64,000 nt of DNA from Squalus acanthias (GCA_030390025.1 CM059432.1:137642001-137706000); one strand, 5' to 3'; counted from the stretch's first letter, positions 47,700 to 60,987 are shown. Made by a program: numbers and translations. The notes: generated from the sequence alone by a model not told the origin.

Positions 47700-50600
47700 T
47701 TCCATGATTTGTGAGGACAAGGAGAAAGACTGCGGGGAGGACAGCCACAATGCAGACCAAGGCACTGTGGCTCAGAAGGCTGTCCGGGGGGGGGGGAAAG
47801 AGCAGAATAGAAATGTGGTAGTGATAGGGGACTCCACAATCCTCTGCAGCCAAGAACGAGAATCCCAAAGGGTGTGTTGCCTACCCAGCCTACCCAGTGC
47901 CAGGATAAGGGATATCTCATGGCGGCTGGAGAGGAACTTGGAAAGGGAGGGGGTAAATCCAGTTGTTGTGGTCCGTGTTGGAACAAACAAAATAGGTAGG
48001 AACAGGGAGGAGGTCCTGCTGAAAGAGTATCAGGAGCTAGGCTCTAAATTAAAAAACAGGACATTGAGGATAATAATCTCTGGATTATTGCCCGAGCCAC
48101 GTGAAAATTGGCATAGAAGCAGACAGATCAGGAGAATTAACACGTGGCTAAAGGGCTGATGTGGGAAAGAGGGGTTCCTTTTCATGGGACACCGGCACCA
48201 GTTCTGGGACAGGAAGGAGCTGTACCGATGGGACGGGCTCCACCTGAACCGGAATGGGACCCATGTCCTAGCGGAAAGGGTAAATAGGGAGGTGGCAAAG
48301 GTTTTAAACTAGTAAAATGGGGAGGAGGGATCTACAAAAAATGTAACCAGCCTAATTATAAACAAAACAGGAAAAGAGAGCATAGGAAAGAATAAAGTAA
48401 GGGAGGACATTGATGGCAAGGGAATAAATAGAGTTATAGAACAGGAGTCTAAAAAGATGGTAAAACATAAAGTGAGAGGAAATCCTATTAAAAATGAGTT
48501 AAACTGTCTGTACAGCAATGCACTCAGTGTCCGTAATAAAACAGGGGAGCTGGAGGCAATCATGCGTTGCGAGGAACCAGACATAGTAGGGATTACTGAG
48601 ACATAGCTACAGAAAAATCAGGACTGGGAATTAAACATTGCAGGGTATAACATATTTAGAAAGGTTAGAGAGGGAAAAAGGGGAGGTGGAGTAGCTGTAC
48701 TTATTAGGGATAACATAATGGCAGTAGAAAAAAGTGACGCAGCTATCAGCAAGACAAAAATAGAATCCATATGGATAGAGATAAAAGATAATAAGCGATC
48801 AATCGCATTAATAGGTGTAGTCTATAGACCACCTAATAGTGGAAGGGAGGTGGAGGAAGAAGTATACAGACAAATTAGGGAAATGAGTAAAAAACATAGA
48901 ATAATAATCATGGGGGATTTCAACTACCCCGATATTAATTGGACAGAAGAGGTAGGTAAAGGGGATAAGGGAATGGAGTTCCTACAATGTGTACAGGACT
49001 TCTTTCTAAACCAATATATAAAAAGCCCAACAAGAGAGGATTCGCTATTGGGTCTAGTAATGAGGAATGAACCAGAGCAGATAAGAGAAGTAAAAGTAGG
49101 GGAACATCTAGGCAATAGTGACCATAATATAAAACGCTTTAAGATGATAATTGAGAAGGACATAAGTATGACGAAAACCAGGGTAATAGATTGGAGAAAA
49201 GCTGATTTTGAGGGACTGAGAATAGAACTTGGGAAAATAAAATGGGCAACAATATTGGCAAACAACGATGTAGAACAGCAATGGGAAACATTTAAAATGG
49301 TGTTCAACAGAGTGCAGGAACAATATATTCCACTAAAAGGAAAGAACAAACTAAACACTAATGAGACTCCATGGATGAATAAAGCCATAAGGGAACAATT
49401 GAGGGTAAGGAAAGAGGCATACATTAAGTACATAGACAGCAGGGGAGTGCATGATAAGGGAGAATACAAAAAGATTAGGAGAGAAGGCAAAGAGGAACTA
49501 GGAAATTAAATTATCAAGGAACATAAAACAAAATAGTAAAATATTTTATAGGCACATCAATAAAAAAAAGGAAGGTTCGGATGTGAATAGGGCCATTCAG
49601 GGATAGACAGGCTAATACCACAGGTAAAGATATAGAGATGGCAGAAATATTAAATAACTATTTTGCATCAGTATTTACCAGGGAGATAGAACAGGTGGAC
49701 ATGACATTGGATTATCAGTTTAGAAATGAGGTAAGTGCATTTAAAATAAAAAGCAGGGATATATTAAATAAACTAATCAAACTCAAAGAGGATAAAACCC
49801 CTGGTCCGGATGGATTGTACCCACGCATTTTAAAAGAATCTAGGGAAGAGATAGCAGAGGCATTACTACACATATTTAATAATTCGTTAGAAAAAGGTGT
49901 AGTGCCAGAAGACTGGCGGATAGCTAACGTAATACCTATATTTAAGAAGGGGGATAGAACATGTCCAGGGAATTATAGACCAGTCAGCTTAACATCGGTG
50001 GTAGGAAAAATAATGGAATCCCTACTAAAGGAGAAAATAGAAGAACATCTAGAAACCAAAAACACAGTAATGAACAGTCAACATGGATTTCAAAAGGGAA
50101 AGTCTTGCTTGACCAACCTCATTGAATTTTTTGAAGAGGTAACAGAGAGAGTAGACAATGGTAATGCAGTAGATGTAATTTATCTAGATTTTCAAAAGGC
50201 CTTCGATAAGGTACCCCATAATCGACTGATGAATAAGGTCAGAGAATGCAGAATGGATAGCTAGCTAGCTTCAAGACAGAAAGCAGAGAGTAGGGGTAAA
50301 AGGTAGCTATTCACAGTGGCAGAAGGTGGGTAGTGGTGTTCCACAAGGATCAGTGCTGGGACCACTGCTGTTCACAACTTACATTAACGATTTAGACTTT
50401 GGAAATCAAAAACACAATTTTTAAATTTGCGGATAATACCAAATTTGGGGGGGGGGGGGGGAGGGAATAGTCAACACTGAGGAGGACTGCAACAAGTTAC
50501 AGGAGGACATTAATAAACTTGCAGAGTGGGCAAATAATTGGCAAATGAAGTTCAACACCGATAAATGTGAGGTATTACATTTTGGTAGCAAGAATAGGGA

Positions 50601-51241
50601 GGTCACTTATCAGTTGGAGGGTGCGAGTCTTGGTGGGGTAGAGGAACAAAGGGATCTAGGAGTACAAATACATTAATCACTAAAAGTTGCGACACAGGTT
50701 AGCAAGGCCAGAAAAAAAGCAAACCAAGCACTAGGGTTTATTTCTAGAGGGATAGAATTGAAAAGTAGGGAAGTTATGCTAAACTGTATCGAACCTTGGT
50801 TAGACCACAGGAAAGGATGAACAGGCTGGGTCTCTTTTCTCTTGAAAAAAGGCTGAAGGGTGACCCAATAGAGGTCTTTAAAATTATGAAAGGTTTTGAT
50901 AGAGTGGATACAGAGAGAATGTTTCCACTTGTGGGGAGGAGCATAACTAGAGGCCATCAATATAAGATAGTCAACAAGAAATCCAATAGGGAATTCAGAA
51001 GAAACTTCTTTACCCAAAGAGTGGTGAGAATGTGGAACTCTGCTACCACAGGGAGTGGTTGAAGTGAAAAATATAGATGCATTTAAGGGGAGGCTAGACA
51101 AGCATATGAGGGAGAAGGGAATAGAGGGTTATGCTGATAGATTTAGATGAGGAAAGACGGGAGGAGGCTCGTGTGGAGCATAAACGCCGGCATTGACTGG
51201 TTGGGCCGAATGGCCTGTTTCTGTGCCGTATATCCTATGTA
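47700..51241 (+). mobile_element. Near-full-length degenerate CR1 LINE (esterase ORF1 part, APE, RT, 3' tail)
   Basis: Motifs VVIGDS, VGTN, DGLHLN, YSNALS, GITET, GVVYRPP, GDFNYP, SDH, KTPGPDG, NYRPVSLTS, QHGF, DFQKAFD, GVPQGSVLGP; stops, frameshifts and internal deletions near 50250 and 50808; poly-G at 50447-50461; 3' end GGGCCGAATGGCCTGTTTCTGTG. Confidence 0.93.
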
Positions 51242-52638
51242 ATCCCAGTGGAGGACAGCTTACAAGCCGAGCTGGGTGGGTAACCGTGGGCCCACCTTGC
51301 CCAATTTTCTGTCTGTTATCGAAGAACAACTTCAAATCGGATCAGATCATGTAGTCCGGTTTCAAGTGACTCTCAAGGTGATTTGAAGTTGCACTGCCAC
51401 GGTCTGTAATGGAATGGTTCCAGGACAAAGTGCATTGGGACATTTTACTACGTTAAAGGTGCTGTATAAATGCAAGTTGTTGTTGCCATTGCTCCTCTCA
51501 ATTGATGTCACCAGACAGGCTTAGCAGCCGAGAAAATGCTATTATGCCATATGTGCTACTGGTGTAAGTAGAGGACACTATACAGATGACAGAACCATTG
51601 AGACGATAATGTACAACGTCTTGAAGTGAAGCATCTTTATTTTTCCTCCACACTCAGATGTACCACAATGTCTTACATTGGAATCCATAAGACGTTTTGA
51701 ATTCAAATTTTAAAGTTGAAAAAGGTTGGTAGGCTTATAATTAAGTGTTTCTGTATTTTTTGTCATTTTGTGACCAACGTATGATGTTGACTAAATTGCC
51801 AGTGCATGCTGAATATGGTCGCTGAGGCATTCAAAAAATCACCTGAAAGATATCCTGGCCTATAAATTAGATGGTGCCACGCCCATTTTTCGGGCGCTTA
51901 AGCCTCCATTATGGAAGGCAGGCAGGGCATGCTCATTATGAACCAGAAGTGAGCCACTTGCCATATTGGTGTAGGCAAAAAAATTAATCATTCCTGCCTG
52001 AAACAGGCATTATTCCCCTTTCCACATTCAAATAAAGGGCCTAATGCCTGTTTGAGGCCCTCACTGCAATACTGGGTTGCCCTGAATTCAGTCGATGTTC
52101 AGGAAAACCAGGCCCACATGCGGACTTAAAGTGCCGCAACCAACAAGTAAGTGTTTAAAATAGACTTACCTCAATGTGGAGTTGGGAGGAGCAGCAGTGC
52201 TCCTCCCAACTCCACATTCAAACCACGTGAGCCGCAGCCGGCCATCGCTCCCCCACCCATCCCCCAATCCCAGCCACCCTCCCGTGTCCTCTTTAAAGGA
52301 CTTACCTGAGGGCCGCTGCGACGCCAGCAGCTTGCCCTCACTGCTCCTCTGGGCAGTTTGCTGGTTTGATGATAATGAGGCAGGAAACCAGTATTACTTG
52401 CACCTTGGGCCTATCCATTAAGGCACAGGGATTGTTCCCTCCATGCCTGCAAAGGTTGAGGCACCTCTACTTATTACATGCTTCCAAATATGAAATGCAA
52501 GATTCCAATATTTAAACCAAACATGTAAGAGAACCTGGCTGTGCTGGATAGTTAAACCCGCGTTAGTGGCAGTCCTGTAATGAAATACACCTACGTTAGT
52601 GAGGTTCATCACAGCAGCACAGATGACAATCTCTATAC

Positions 52639-52787
52639 CTGTAGCGTGATGTTGTTTATATTGTTGGGATCAATACCGGAGATCTGGACATTCTGCCCAA
52701 CCAGGTTAGCGGAAGTGAGCTGCAGCTGTATTCCCTCGAGAGTGGCAAAGCTGGCATCTGTAAGTGATAACGTCAAATCGCCTCCAG
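52639..52787 (-). CDS. ZNF236: ZNF236 exon ([24 protein letters not shown]...NNITLQ)
   Basis: 149 bp, phase 1-0, ggcag|CT...CAG|gtatag. Confidence 0.93.
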
Positions 52788-53009
52788 CTGCCAATAAATC
52801 AAAGGACACAAACAGGTTATTAAGTGCGGAAAGTGGTATGGACTGTAATGAATGCATTAAAATCTGATCAAGTGTTTGCTGCAATTGACAGATCTTATGC
52901 ACTCCAGATTTGGTACTTGATAAATAAATGTGAAATTATTACTGCCAAAGATCAAAAATATTAATGGGATCACAGTAACATCCCATAAAGCTTAATTCAA
53001 ATTAATAGC

Positions 53010-53145
53010 CATTATTGGATCCAAGAAAGACAAATTAGAATATTTTCTTAATGGGGAGAGACTAGGAGCTGTGGAGGACCAAAGGGATTTAGATGTCCAT
53101 GTACACAAATCACTAAAAGCTAGTGCACAGGTACAAAAAGTAATG
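53010..53145 (+). mobile_element. Short CR1 RT fragment
   Basis: Encodes YFLNGERLGAVEDQRDLDVHVHKSLKA. Confidence 0.65.
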
Positions 53146-54599
53146 AGAGTGAAATTATTATTGTCAAAGATCAAAAATATTAATCTGATCATAGAAACAT
53201 TCATCAAGCTTAAATGAAATGAGTAGACATTATTGATATTGTACACTGAAGCCAGCTTGAAAATAGAGCTTATTTAGCAGAATAAAAATATTGATTTCGC
53301 GCATTCCCCAACAGCACTTACCTGAGGGACACTGCGACACCAGCAGCAGCCCAAACCTGGACTCTTGGCACTTCACCAGCTCAGCTGAAACAAACTACCC
53401 ACTCCCCACACAAAAATGGTTGCGGCCCGATGTGTCTTAAGCTGTGTAAAGCATTAGTGTGCGTTCGGGCAAAACAGTTTAGCGCAATCGAGGGATAATC
53501 ATTAACTTTTGGTCATCCCAGCTATAGACAACAGCAAGCATACAATTGGTACCTGTTGCCATCTCTATATAAACTTCAAAAGCCTAACTTTGCTAAGCAT
53601 ATACCATAATCTTTCAAACCGAATGTTATCGTTTTAGTGAGGTTAAGTATGCGTTGTTGTATTCTGAAATGGGTTGTACTGAATCAACTGGTGTTACCGA
53701 AACACGGGTATGGGTTTTCTGTTTGTTAATTGCATTAACAATTGTGTAACTCTGGGCTATATAGCAACAATGACATAAAGTGGCTGTTAGTAATGGATCG
53801 AACCAAGTCCTGTTCAATTCTTGGTATCTTTGAGGTGAGCTGAAAGTTAATTTGTGTTAACAAGCGCCAAATTTAGTTCCTGCTGGCGCTAAACTGTGGC
53901 TGGGTCTTTTTTTTAATTAAGTTGGTTTATGTAGGATTATTCAAGGGTCAAATTAGGCATTGCAAATAATAATCCTAGAAGCAAAGATAAGCGGATACAT
54001 TATTCATACAGTACACATGATGCAATAGGACTAGCAGTATGAAACAAATAAGGTAAGAGGTGGCTGCATTAGTGCAAAATCTCCTTATTAGAAAGATTTG
54101 ATAAAACTGCAAATGGACAATTTGTGCTGATTTCGATATGCCGGACACGGGAATAAGTCTGTCACAGTTTATTGAAAATTGAAGAGAAGTGGAAAAAATA
54201 CTGATGAAAATGGCTGGACTAGATCAGTTCACATTTAAAATTATGATTCAACTTGCATCGCTGTCCCTTTGATGAAAGAGGAAGTTTATGTATACTGAGA
54301 TCATTATCAATCCCTTTCTGGTAATAGTATGTTATTGCAAATCAAAGCATGGGCCTAACTCCATTAAACAGATCAACTTGTTCATTCGCCCCGATGAGGA
54401 TATGCGTTTTTATATAATATCGGAGATTACATGGTTTCGGGTGGGGTGGGGAGCGTATATATTGTGATGCACAAGGCATCGCAGTTGCATGGGACAGGCT
54501 GGATGGACCAGAGGGTCTTTTCCTGTCTGTCATTGTATGTATGTTTGTGGACAAAGTTCACGGATATTTTTTGAAATAAGCTGTATAACAGGAACCAGA

Positions 54600-54830
54600 G
54601 GGGAAATAAGGAAAAAAAAAAATTTATGTAGCGAGTTATTATCTGGAATGCCCTGCCTGAAAGGGTAGTGGAAGCAGATTCAATCGTAACTTTCAAAAGG
54701 AAATTGAATACTTTGAGAGGAGAAAAACTGCAGGGCTATGGAGAAAGAGCAGGGGAGTGGGACTAATCGGATAGGTTTATCAAAGAGGCGGCAGGGGCAC
54801 GACGGGCCAAATGGCCTCCTTCTGTGCTGT
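54600..54830 (+). mobile_element. CR1 LINE 3' fragment
   Basis: tggaatgccctgcctgaaagggtagtggaagcag...gggccaaatggcctccttctgtgctgt. Confidence 0.75.
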
Positions 54831-54837
54831 AGCCATC

Positions 54838-55590
54838 GGGCCATAATTTGCAGCCCCTACGGGTGAGTATGAGGTGTGTACGCACCCGGAAGGACCGCGC
54901 AAGTTCCGGGTTTACGCATGCGCCAAAACCCGGAACTTGTGATCTGTCGAGAATTCTCTTGACAGATCGCACGCATCCCCGGGAAAAGGGCATCCGCGGG
55001 CAGAGAGTTGGGCTATTTGCCCAACTTCTGCCCAGCGAATGCTCGTGAAATTCTTACGCCTGGTAAAAGCAGGCGCAAGGCCTGCTTTTACCAGCGTAAG
55101 AGTTTTAAAAAACAGAAAAATAAAATTTTATCAATAATTTATACATTTAAAAACCTGTGAAATAAGGTAAGTTTATTTTTAGCCCCTTAAAACATGTACA
55201 TTTAATTTTCAAAAAATTCAATTTTTGTTTTAAATATTTAAGTAAATGCCATTTTAATTAATTTTAAATATGTGATTTAAAATTTTTTATTTGATGTCTA
55301 GGTGTATTTTTGGGGTACTCCCATTCATATTTATGGGGTTCCCACACATATGAAATCCCGATAAGCATGAATGGGGATTCTCTTCCGTCATTCGTCAGTC
55401 CGGCCTACGTGATCCCAGGGACGCTCGTGAACCGCATGCGCCCGAGATACGTTGGCGTCTTCCCGCGGGTACCCGGGGAGCCCCAGGACCGTGAGTCTCC
55501 GTGGATCCCGAGGCCCCAGGTACGCGGGCATTTTATTTGCGGATCGGAGTCATTTCCTCACGGGAAGCCTCCGACCGCAAATTCAGGGCC
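54838..55590. mobile_element. ~750-bp Harbinger-like MITE, copy 3 (diverged subfamily)
   Basis: TIRs GGGCCATAATTTGC / GCAAATTCAGGGCC; 3-bp TSD ATC, inserted within the L2 codons GCC-ATC-GTC-TTC-GGT. Confidence 0.82.
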
Positions 55591-56375
55591 ATCGTCTTCG
55601 GTCCCCACCACAAACTCCCCTCCCTAGCCACCGACTTCATCCCTCTCCCTGGCAACTGTTTGAGGTTGAACCAGAATGTACGTAACCTTGGTGTCATATT
55701 TGACCCCGAGATGAGCTTCTGACCACATATCCACGCTATCTCTAAGACCGCCTATTTCCACCTCCAGAACATCGCTTGTCTCCGCCCCTGCCTCAGCTCA
55801 TCTGCTGCTGAAACCCTCATCCATGCCTTTGTTACCTCTAGACTTGACTATTCCAACGCACTCCTGGTCGGCCTCCCACGTTCTACCCTACGTAAACTTG
55901 AGTTCATCCAAAACTCTGCTGCCCGTATCTTGACTAACTCCAAGTCCCGTTCACCATCACCCCTGTGCTCGCTGACCAACATTGGCTCCCGGTTAAGCAG
56001 CGCCTCGATTTAAAAATTCTCATCCTTGTTTTCAAATCCCTCCATGGCCTCGCCCCTTCCTATCTCTGTAATCTCCTCAGTCCCACAACCCTCCGAGATC
56101 TCTGCGCTCCTCTAATTCTGGCCTTGAGCATCCCTGATTTTAATCACTCCACCATTGGTGGCCATGCTTTCAGCTGCCTAGGCTCTAAGCTCTGGAATTC
56201 CCTCCGTAAACCTCTCTGTCTCTCTTTCCTCCTTTAAGACGCTCCTCAAAACCCACCTCATCTGCACTAATATCTCCTTATGTGGCTCGGTGTCAAATTT
56301 TGTTTTATAACGCTCCTGCGAAGTGCCTTGGGACGTTTTACTATGTTAAAGGCGCTATATAAATGCAAGCTGTTG
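55591..56375 (+). mobile_element. L2-clade LINE RT C-terminal/3' fragment
   Basis: Encodes VRNLGVIFDPEMSF, LIHAFVTSRLDYSNALL, IQNSAARIL and HWLPVKQR; tail aggcgctatataaatgcaag. Confidence 0.88.
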
Positions 56376-56474
56376 TATGATTCAATGAACTTTTCCACAA
56401 TACTTTTCAGCTGTGTTTTAATTGCAATTATGAAATGTCAAAATATTTTAACGATTAATGATTAAAAACATTAC

Positions 56475-56840
56475 CTGACATAGAGGCAGGAAGAATAGCT
56501 TGTCCAACTAATCCCTGTTGGAGAAGGTTCTGATCAAACTGGCTGGTGAGAACTCCATTATTAGTGATGTAAACATTTGCATCTGCAGTCGTCAGCAAGT
56601 TTACGGGCTGTAAGCTCTCTGTTGTTTGACGTGTTACAGGCTTCCGGATTTTCTTTGGCAGTGACGTGGGCTTAAAGTGGGATTGTATGTGACTCTTCCT
56701 GTGTCCTGAAGTCCGGAAACGCACGTCACAATGTGGACATTTAAAAGGCTTTGCTCCAGTGTGCAGTCGCATGTGAACTTTTAGGCTACCTTTGGTCGAG
56801 AAGGGAGAACTGCATACGTGGCATTTGAAGTGCTTCTGAC
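56475..56840 (-). CDS. ZNF236: ZNF236 exon (two C2H2 fingers plus start of the Q/S/T-rich region)
   Basis: 366 bp, phase 1-1, ttcag|GT...TCAG|gtaatg; encodes [54 protein letters not shown]...LPASMS. Confidence 0.95.
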
Positions 56841-56902
56841 CTGAATTTCAAAATACAAAAGTATATATTAAGAAAAAAAAGAGCAGAAACATATGCACAC
56901 AT

Positions 56903-57211
56903 AGAACTTGGGGGCATAATCTCAGGATAAGGGGGTCAGCCATTTAGGATTGAGATGAGGAGACACTTCTTCACTCAGAGGGTTGTGAATCTTTGGAATT
57001 CTCTACCCCCAGAGGGCTGTGGATGTTCAGTCGTTGAGTATATTCAAGACTGAGATCGACAGATTTTTGGACTCTAAGGGAATCAAGGGATATGGAGATC
57101 GGGCGGGAAAGTGGAGTTGAGGTCAAAGATCAGCCATGATCTTATTGAATGGTGGAGCAGGCTCGAGGGGCCGTGTGGCCTACTCCTGCTCCTATTTCTT
57201 ATGTTCTTATG
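56903..57211 (+). mobile_element. CR1 LINE 3' fragment
   Basis: Homologous to 30960-31250; tail ttcttatgttcttatg. Confidence 0.8.
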
Positions 57212-58244
57212 CACACACAAAACAGAACTTGATAGATGCATAAATATCTAAAGATCATTGGCGAAAAGCTGTGATGGATCTTAAAATGGGAGAGATGTTG
57301 AATTTTCTCATTTGCAATTAACTTTCCTGTTGACTTCATAAATGGTGCAGCACTGTCATGAATTATTCACAGATTTATAAACCCTCTCAAGGTGAACTTA
57401 TTTAAGAAATGTGTAGAATTTCTTGGTTACTTTAACTGATTCTGCTCGCTTCCATGCCATTCCATCTAATGAATACTGCTCACCAAAGGATATCACCAAC
57501 TATTTTCATGGCTGCTTTCAATACTTTCCAGCAGTGGCCTAAATTAATTACTATGCTCTGTGAGTTCCTCTTACCTCATTGGCACCAAGGCATGACATTA
57601 TCTAAAGCTCACCTCCTAAGGGAAATATGGAGAATTTTGTGCTGGGGCAGGTTTCAATCTGACAGCTGCTCAGATTCCAGCCTGTATGAACTCTTTATGG
57701 ATTTATTGGTAATTAACCCCTTGCACCATTTTTTGATACATTTCAGGTGCAAGTGCTTTGACCACATCATTAAAACGGTGTTTTATAATCAGAATCACAT
57801 GCTTATGTTTACACATATGGAACAGCAATGGCAGCAGAGGTGCCAACTGAGAGGCAAATTTGACTTCTCAGATTTTATTGCTGACCCACAGTAAGGTGCC
57901 AGGACTCTGTATAAACAAGATGCTTACACCTGAAAATAGACCCAATTAGGTTTTGAATATGTAAGGGGCTGACCTTCCTCTAAGCCCCCAAGTCTGCACT
58001 CCTGACTCCGGCTGATTTCCCCTGGGGCAGGGTCCCCCCGCAGGACTCCAGGCCTGCATTCGGGAGATACGCTGGAGGAGGGAGGGACTAGCTGCTGCAG
58101 GCCTCGGGAGCCTGTAGCAGTGGAGTATCCAGGTTTTGTCCGGGGGGAGCAGAGAATAGACAGAATTAGTGTTTAAATTTTATCATGGGGTTGGGGAGTT
58201 GAAATGATCCCCATGTTGTAGGAACCAAATTTGCAATTCATTTC

Positions 58245-58560
58245 ACAGGAACAGGAGGAGGGCATTCAGCCCCTCAAGCCTGTTCCGCCACTCAATTCGA
58301 TCATGGCTGATCTGCAACTTATTTCCATTTACCCGACTTGGTTCTGTAATCCTAAACCTATCAATCTCAGTTTTGAAATTTTCTACTGACCCCCAGGTTC
58401 AACAGCTTTTTGGGAGAGGGTTTTCCAGATTTCCACTACCCTTTGTGTGAAGAAGTGCTTCCCGACATCACCCTGAACGACCTAGCTCTCATTTTAAGGT
58501 TATGCCCCCTTGGTTCTGGACTCCCCCACCAGAGGAAATAGTTTCTCTCCACTTGCCTAC
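58245..58560 (-). mobile_element. CR1 LINE 3' fragment
   Basis: caggaacaggagga..cattcagcccctcaagcctgttccgcc, reverse complement of a CR1 3' end. Confidence 0.65.
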
Positions 58561-59464
58561 ATTTGAGCTAATATATTGTACACTCGAAGTCAATTCTAAT
58601 GAACACTGTACAATTAATTCCACGACTATAAATAACAAAATATCACCAAGAGATCATAGCGCACATTTGTACAGATTCAAGATGGCTTAGTTTTGCTGGG
58701 CTTACTCTTAAGTCCGATTATTGAACAAAATGTTTAGCAATCACCCTGAAAATGCACCCATCAACATGTTCAAAATTAAATTGAACAGTATAATTCAACA
58801 ATCATACTGGTGCTACCACAACCATGAGTACATTCCAAAACTTTTTCAAATAGTAATACATCGCCAGCAAGCTTTTACTAGTACCAATGTGGAAATGCAG
58901 TTATTCTTCAATTCAATTTTTTTTTAATAAGGAGCCTTGCTTTTATCTTTTTCCTCAAAGAATTGGCTGTTCATTATAACTTGTGGCTGGTGCTGTAATC
59001 ATACCAGACTGTACAGGATATTAAATCAACGTGCGACAGCTCAGCCTGGTCACTGATAGCATCTCAGTCCATTTGCTGAATTTCGCAAAACAAGATTGAA
59101 CCCTTCACCTCATTTCAAAGTTCACGGCCTACTTACTGACATGAAGGTAATCTGAAGTGCCAGTTTCACAACAGGTCCACTTCTTTCAATTACAAGCATC
59201 AAAATATCTGCTATATTTCACCACGAGGCAAATTTTAAATCGCAGTTTTGGGTGCTGGCAAGTGGGTAGCAGAAAACTGTGCACGCATTGCTCGCGATTT
59301 TCCATCCAGTTTAATGCATGAAAATCATAGGGTGCGAAATTAGCACTCCCAGCTCATGAAGCATGGCACCAGAAGCATTATAGAGTCATAGAGTTATACA
59401 GCACAGAAAGAGGCCCTTCGGCCCATCGTGTCTGCGCCGGCCATCAAGCCCCATCTATTCTAAT

Positions 59465-59782
59465 ACGATAGCAAAATACTGCGGATGCTGGAAATCCGAA
59501 ATAACAACAGAAAACGCTGGAAAAACTCAGCAGGCCAGGCAGCATCCGTGGAGAGAGAAAGAGAGTTAACGTTTCAGGTCGATGACCTTTCATCAGAACT
59601 GGGAAGAGCCGGAAATCAAATAGATTTAAGGCCAGGGTAAAGCTGGGAAAAGGGGGAGGGGATAAAGGAACAAAGGGGGAGATGAAGAGACATTAAGAGA
59701 TATGCAAGGCTAGAGGTGGTGTTAATGTGACAGATTAAGGCTGAATGAAGTGTGAAATCCACTGGCAGAATGAAGGACAGCT
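59465..59782 (-). mobile_element. Penelope-like 3' (pLTR) fragment
   Basis: Reverse complement of ~45239-45556 with only one mismatch noticed; TSD CTATTCTAAT at 59455-59464 and 59786-59795. Confidence 0.92.
59564..59600 (-). ncRNA. Minimal hammerhead ribozyme, second copy (sense to ZNF236)
   Basis: Exact reverse complement of 45421-45457. Confidence 0.8.
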
Positions 59783-60792
59783 ATTCTATTCTAATCCCAT
59801 TTTCCAGCACTTGGTCCGTAGCCTTGTATGCTATGGCGTTTCAAGTGCTCATCTAAATGCTTCTTGAATGTTGTGAGGGTTCCTGCCTCTACCACCCTTT
59901 CAGGCAGTGAGTTCCAGATTCCAACCACCCTCTGGGTGAAAAAGTTTTTCCTCAAATCCCCTCCTGCCCCTTACCTTGAAACTATGCCCCTGGTTATTGA
60001 CCCCTCTACTATGGGGAAAAGTTCCCCTCTATCTACCCTATCTATGCCCCTCATAATTTTGTACACCTCAATCAGGTCCCCCCTCAGCCTTCTCTGTTCT
60101 AAGGAAAACAACCCCAGCCTGTCCAGTCTCTCTTCATAGCTGAAGCGCTCCAGCCCAGGTAACATCCTGGTGAATCTCCACTGCACCCTCTCCAATGCAA
60201 TCACATCCTTCCTATAGTGTGATGACCAGAACTGCACACAGTATTCCAGCTGTGGCCTAACTAGCGTTGAAGAGTCCATTTCAAGTCCGGCTTGGACTGA
60301 TGGGGTGAAAGGCTCAGCCATCTGCTGTAAGGGTATTGTGTGTAGACAGTAGCAACTCAGTTCCTACTGAGCACAGATCCATAGCATTCTCTCTAATTTG
60401 GCACCAATGGTCCTCTCACTCAGATAGAGAACACAGGATGGCTGGTGTGGAAAATGGAATGTGTCACACTGGTGACGTAGGGGATGCTCTTTGGAGGCTG
60501 GGTCTCAGCCGTATTCTTGGGACAGAGTAGGAGGAGCTCTAGCGTACACCTACATATGCTACATTTGATCATGTTCGTCACCATAAAGGACGCAACAAAA
60601 AAAAAATCTACAAATGCAGCTGCTTCAAAAAGAACCTTGAAAACGACAACAAGAACTGAAAAAGATGAATTAGTTTCAAGTTTGCAAATGTAAGCTTTCT
60701 GGTAAATTGCCTCCCTGTTTTATGGCTTCTGTCACCCGGAATGGCGTCCGATATCCTCGCTCTGCAGTAACTTAATGGAAAAACCATCACTA

Positions 60793-60987
<195 letters not shown>

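Larger units (their letters stand above)
59380..60265 (-). mobile_element. CR1 LINE 3' fragment, interrupted by a Penelope 3' fragment
   Basis: Minus-strand ORF TLVRPQLEYCVQFWSSHYRKDVIALERVQ...LEQRRLRGDLIEVYK plus the 3' tail. Confidence 0.88.

Noticed and set aside
48718..50264. Functional endonuclease/RT genes (263 aa and 208 aa ORFs)
   Set aside because: These are fragments of one CR1 ORF2 broken by stops, frameshifts and deletions.
51855..52415. Additional MITE-like GC-rich segments (also ~33100-33330, 34230-34520, 41430-41800, 42530-43510, 57960-58200)
   Set aside because: These are probably old non-autonomous DNA elements, but I could not define termini or TSDs reliably by eye.
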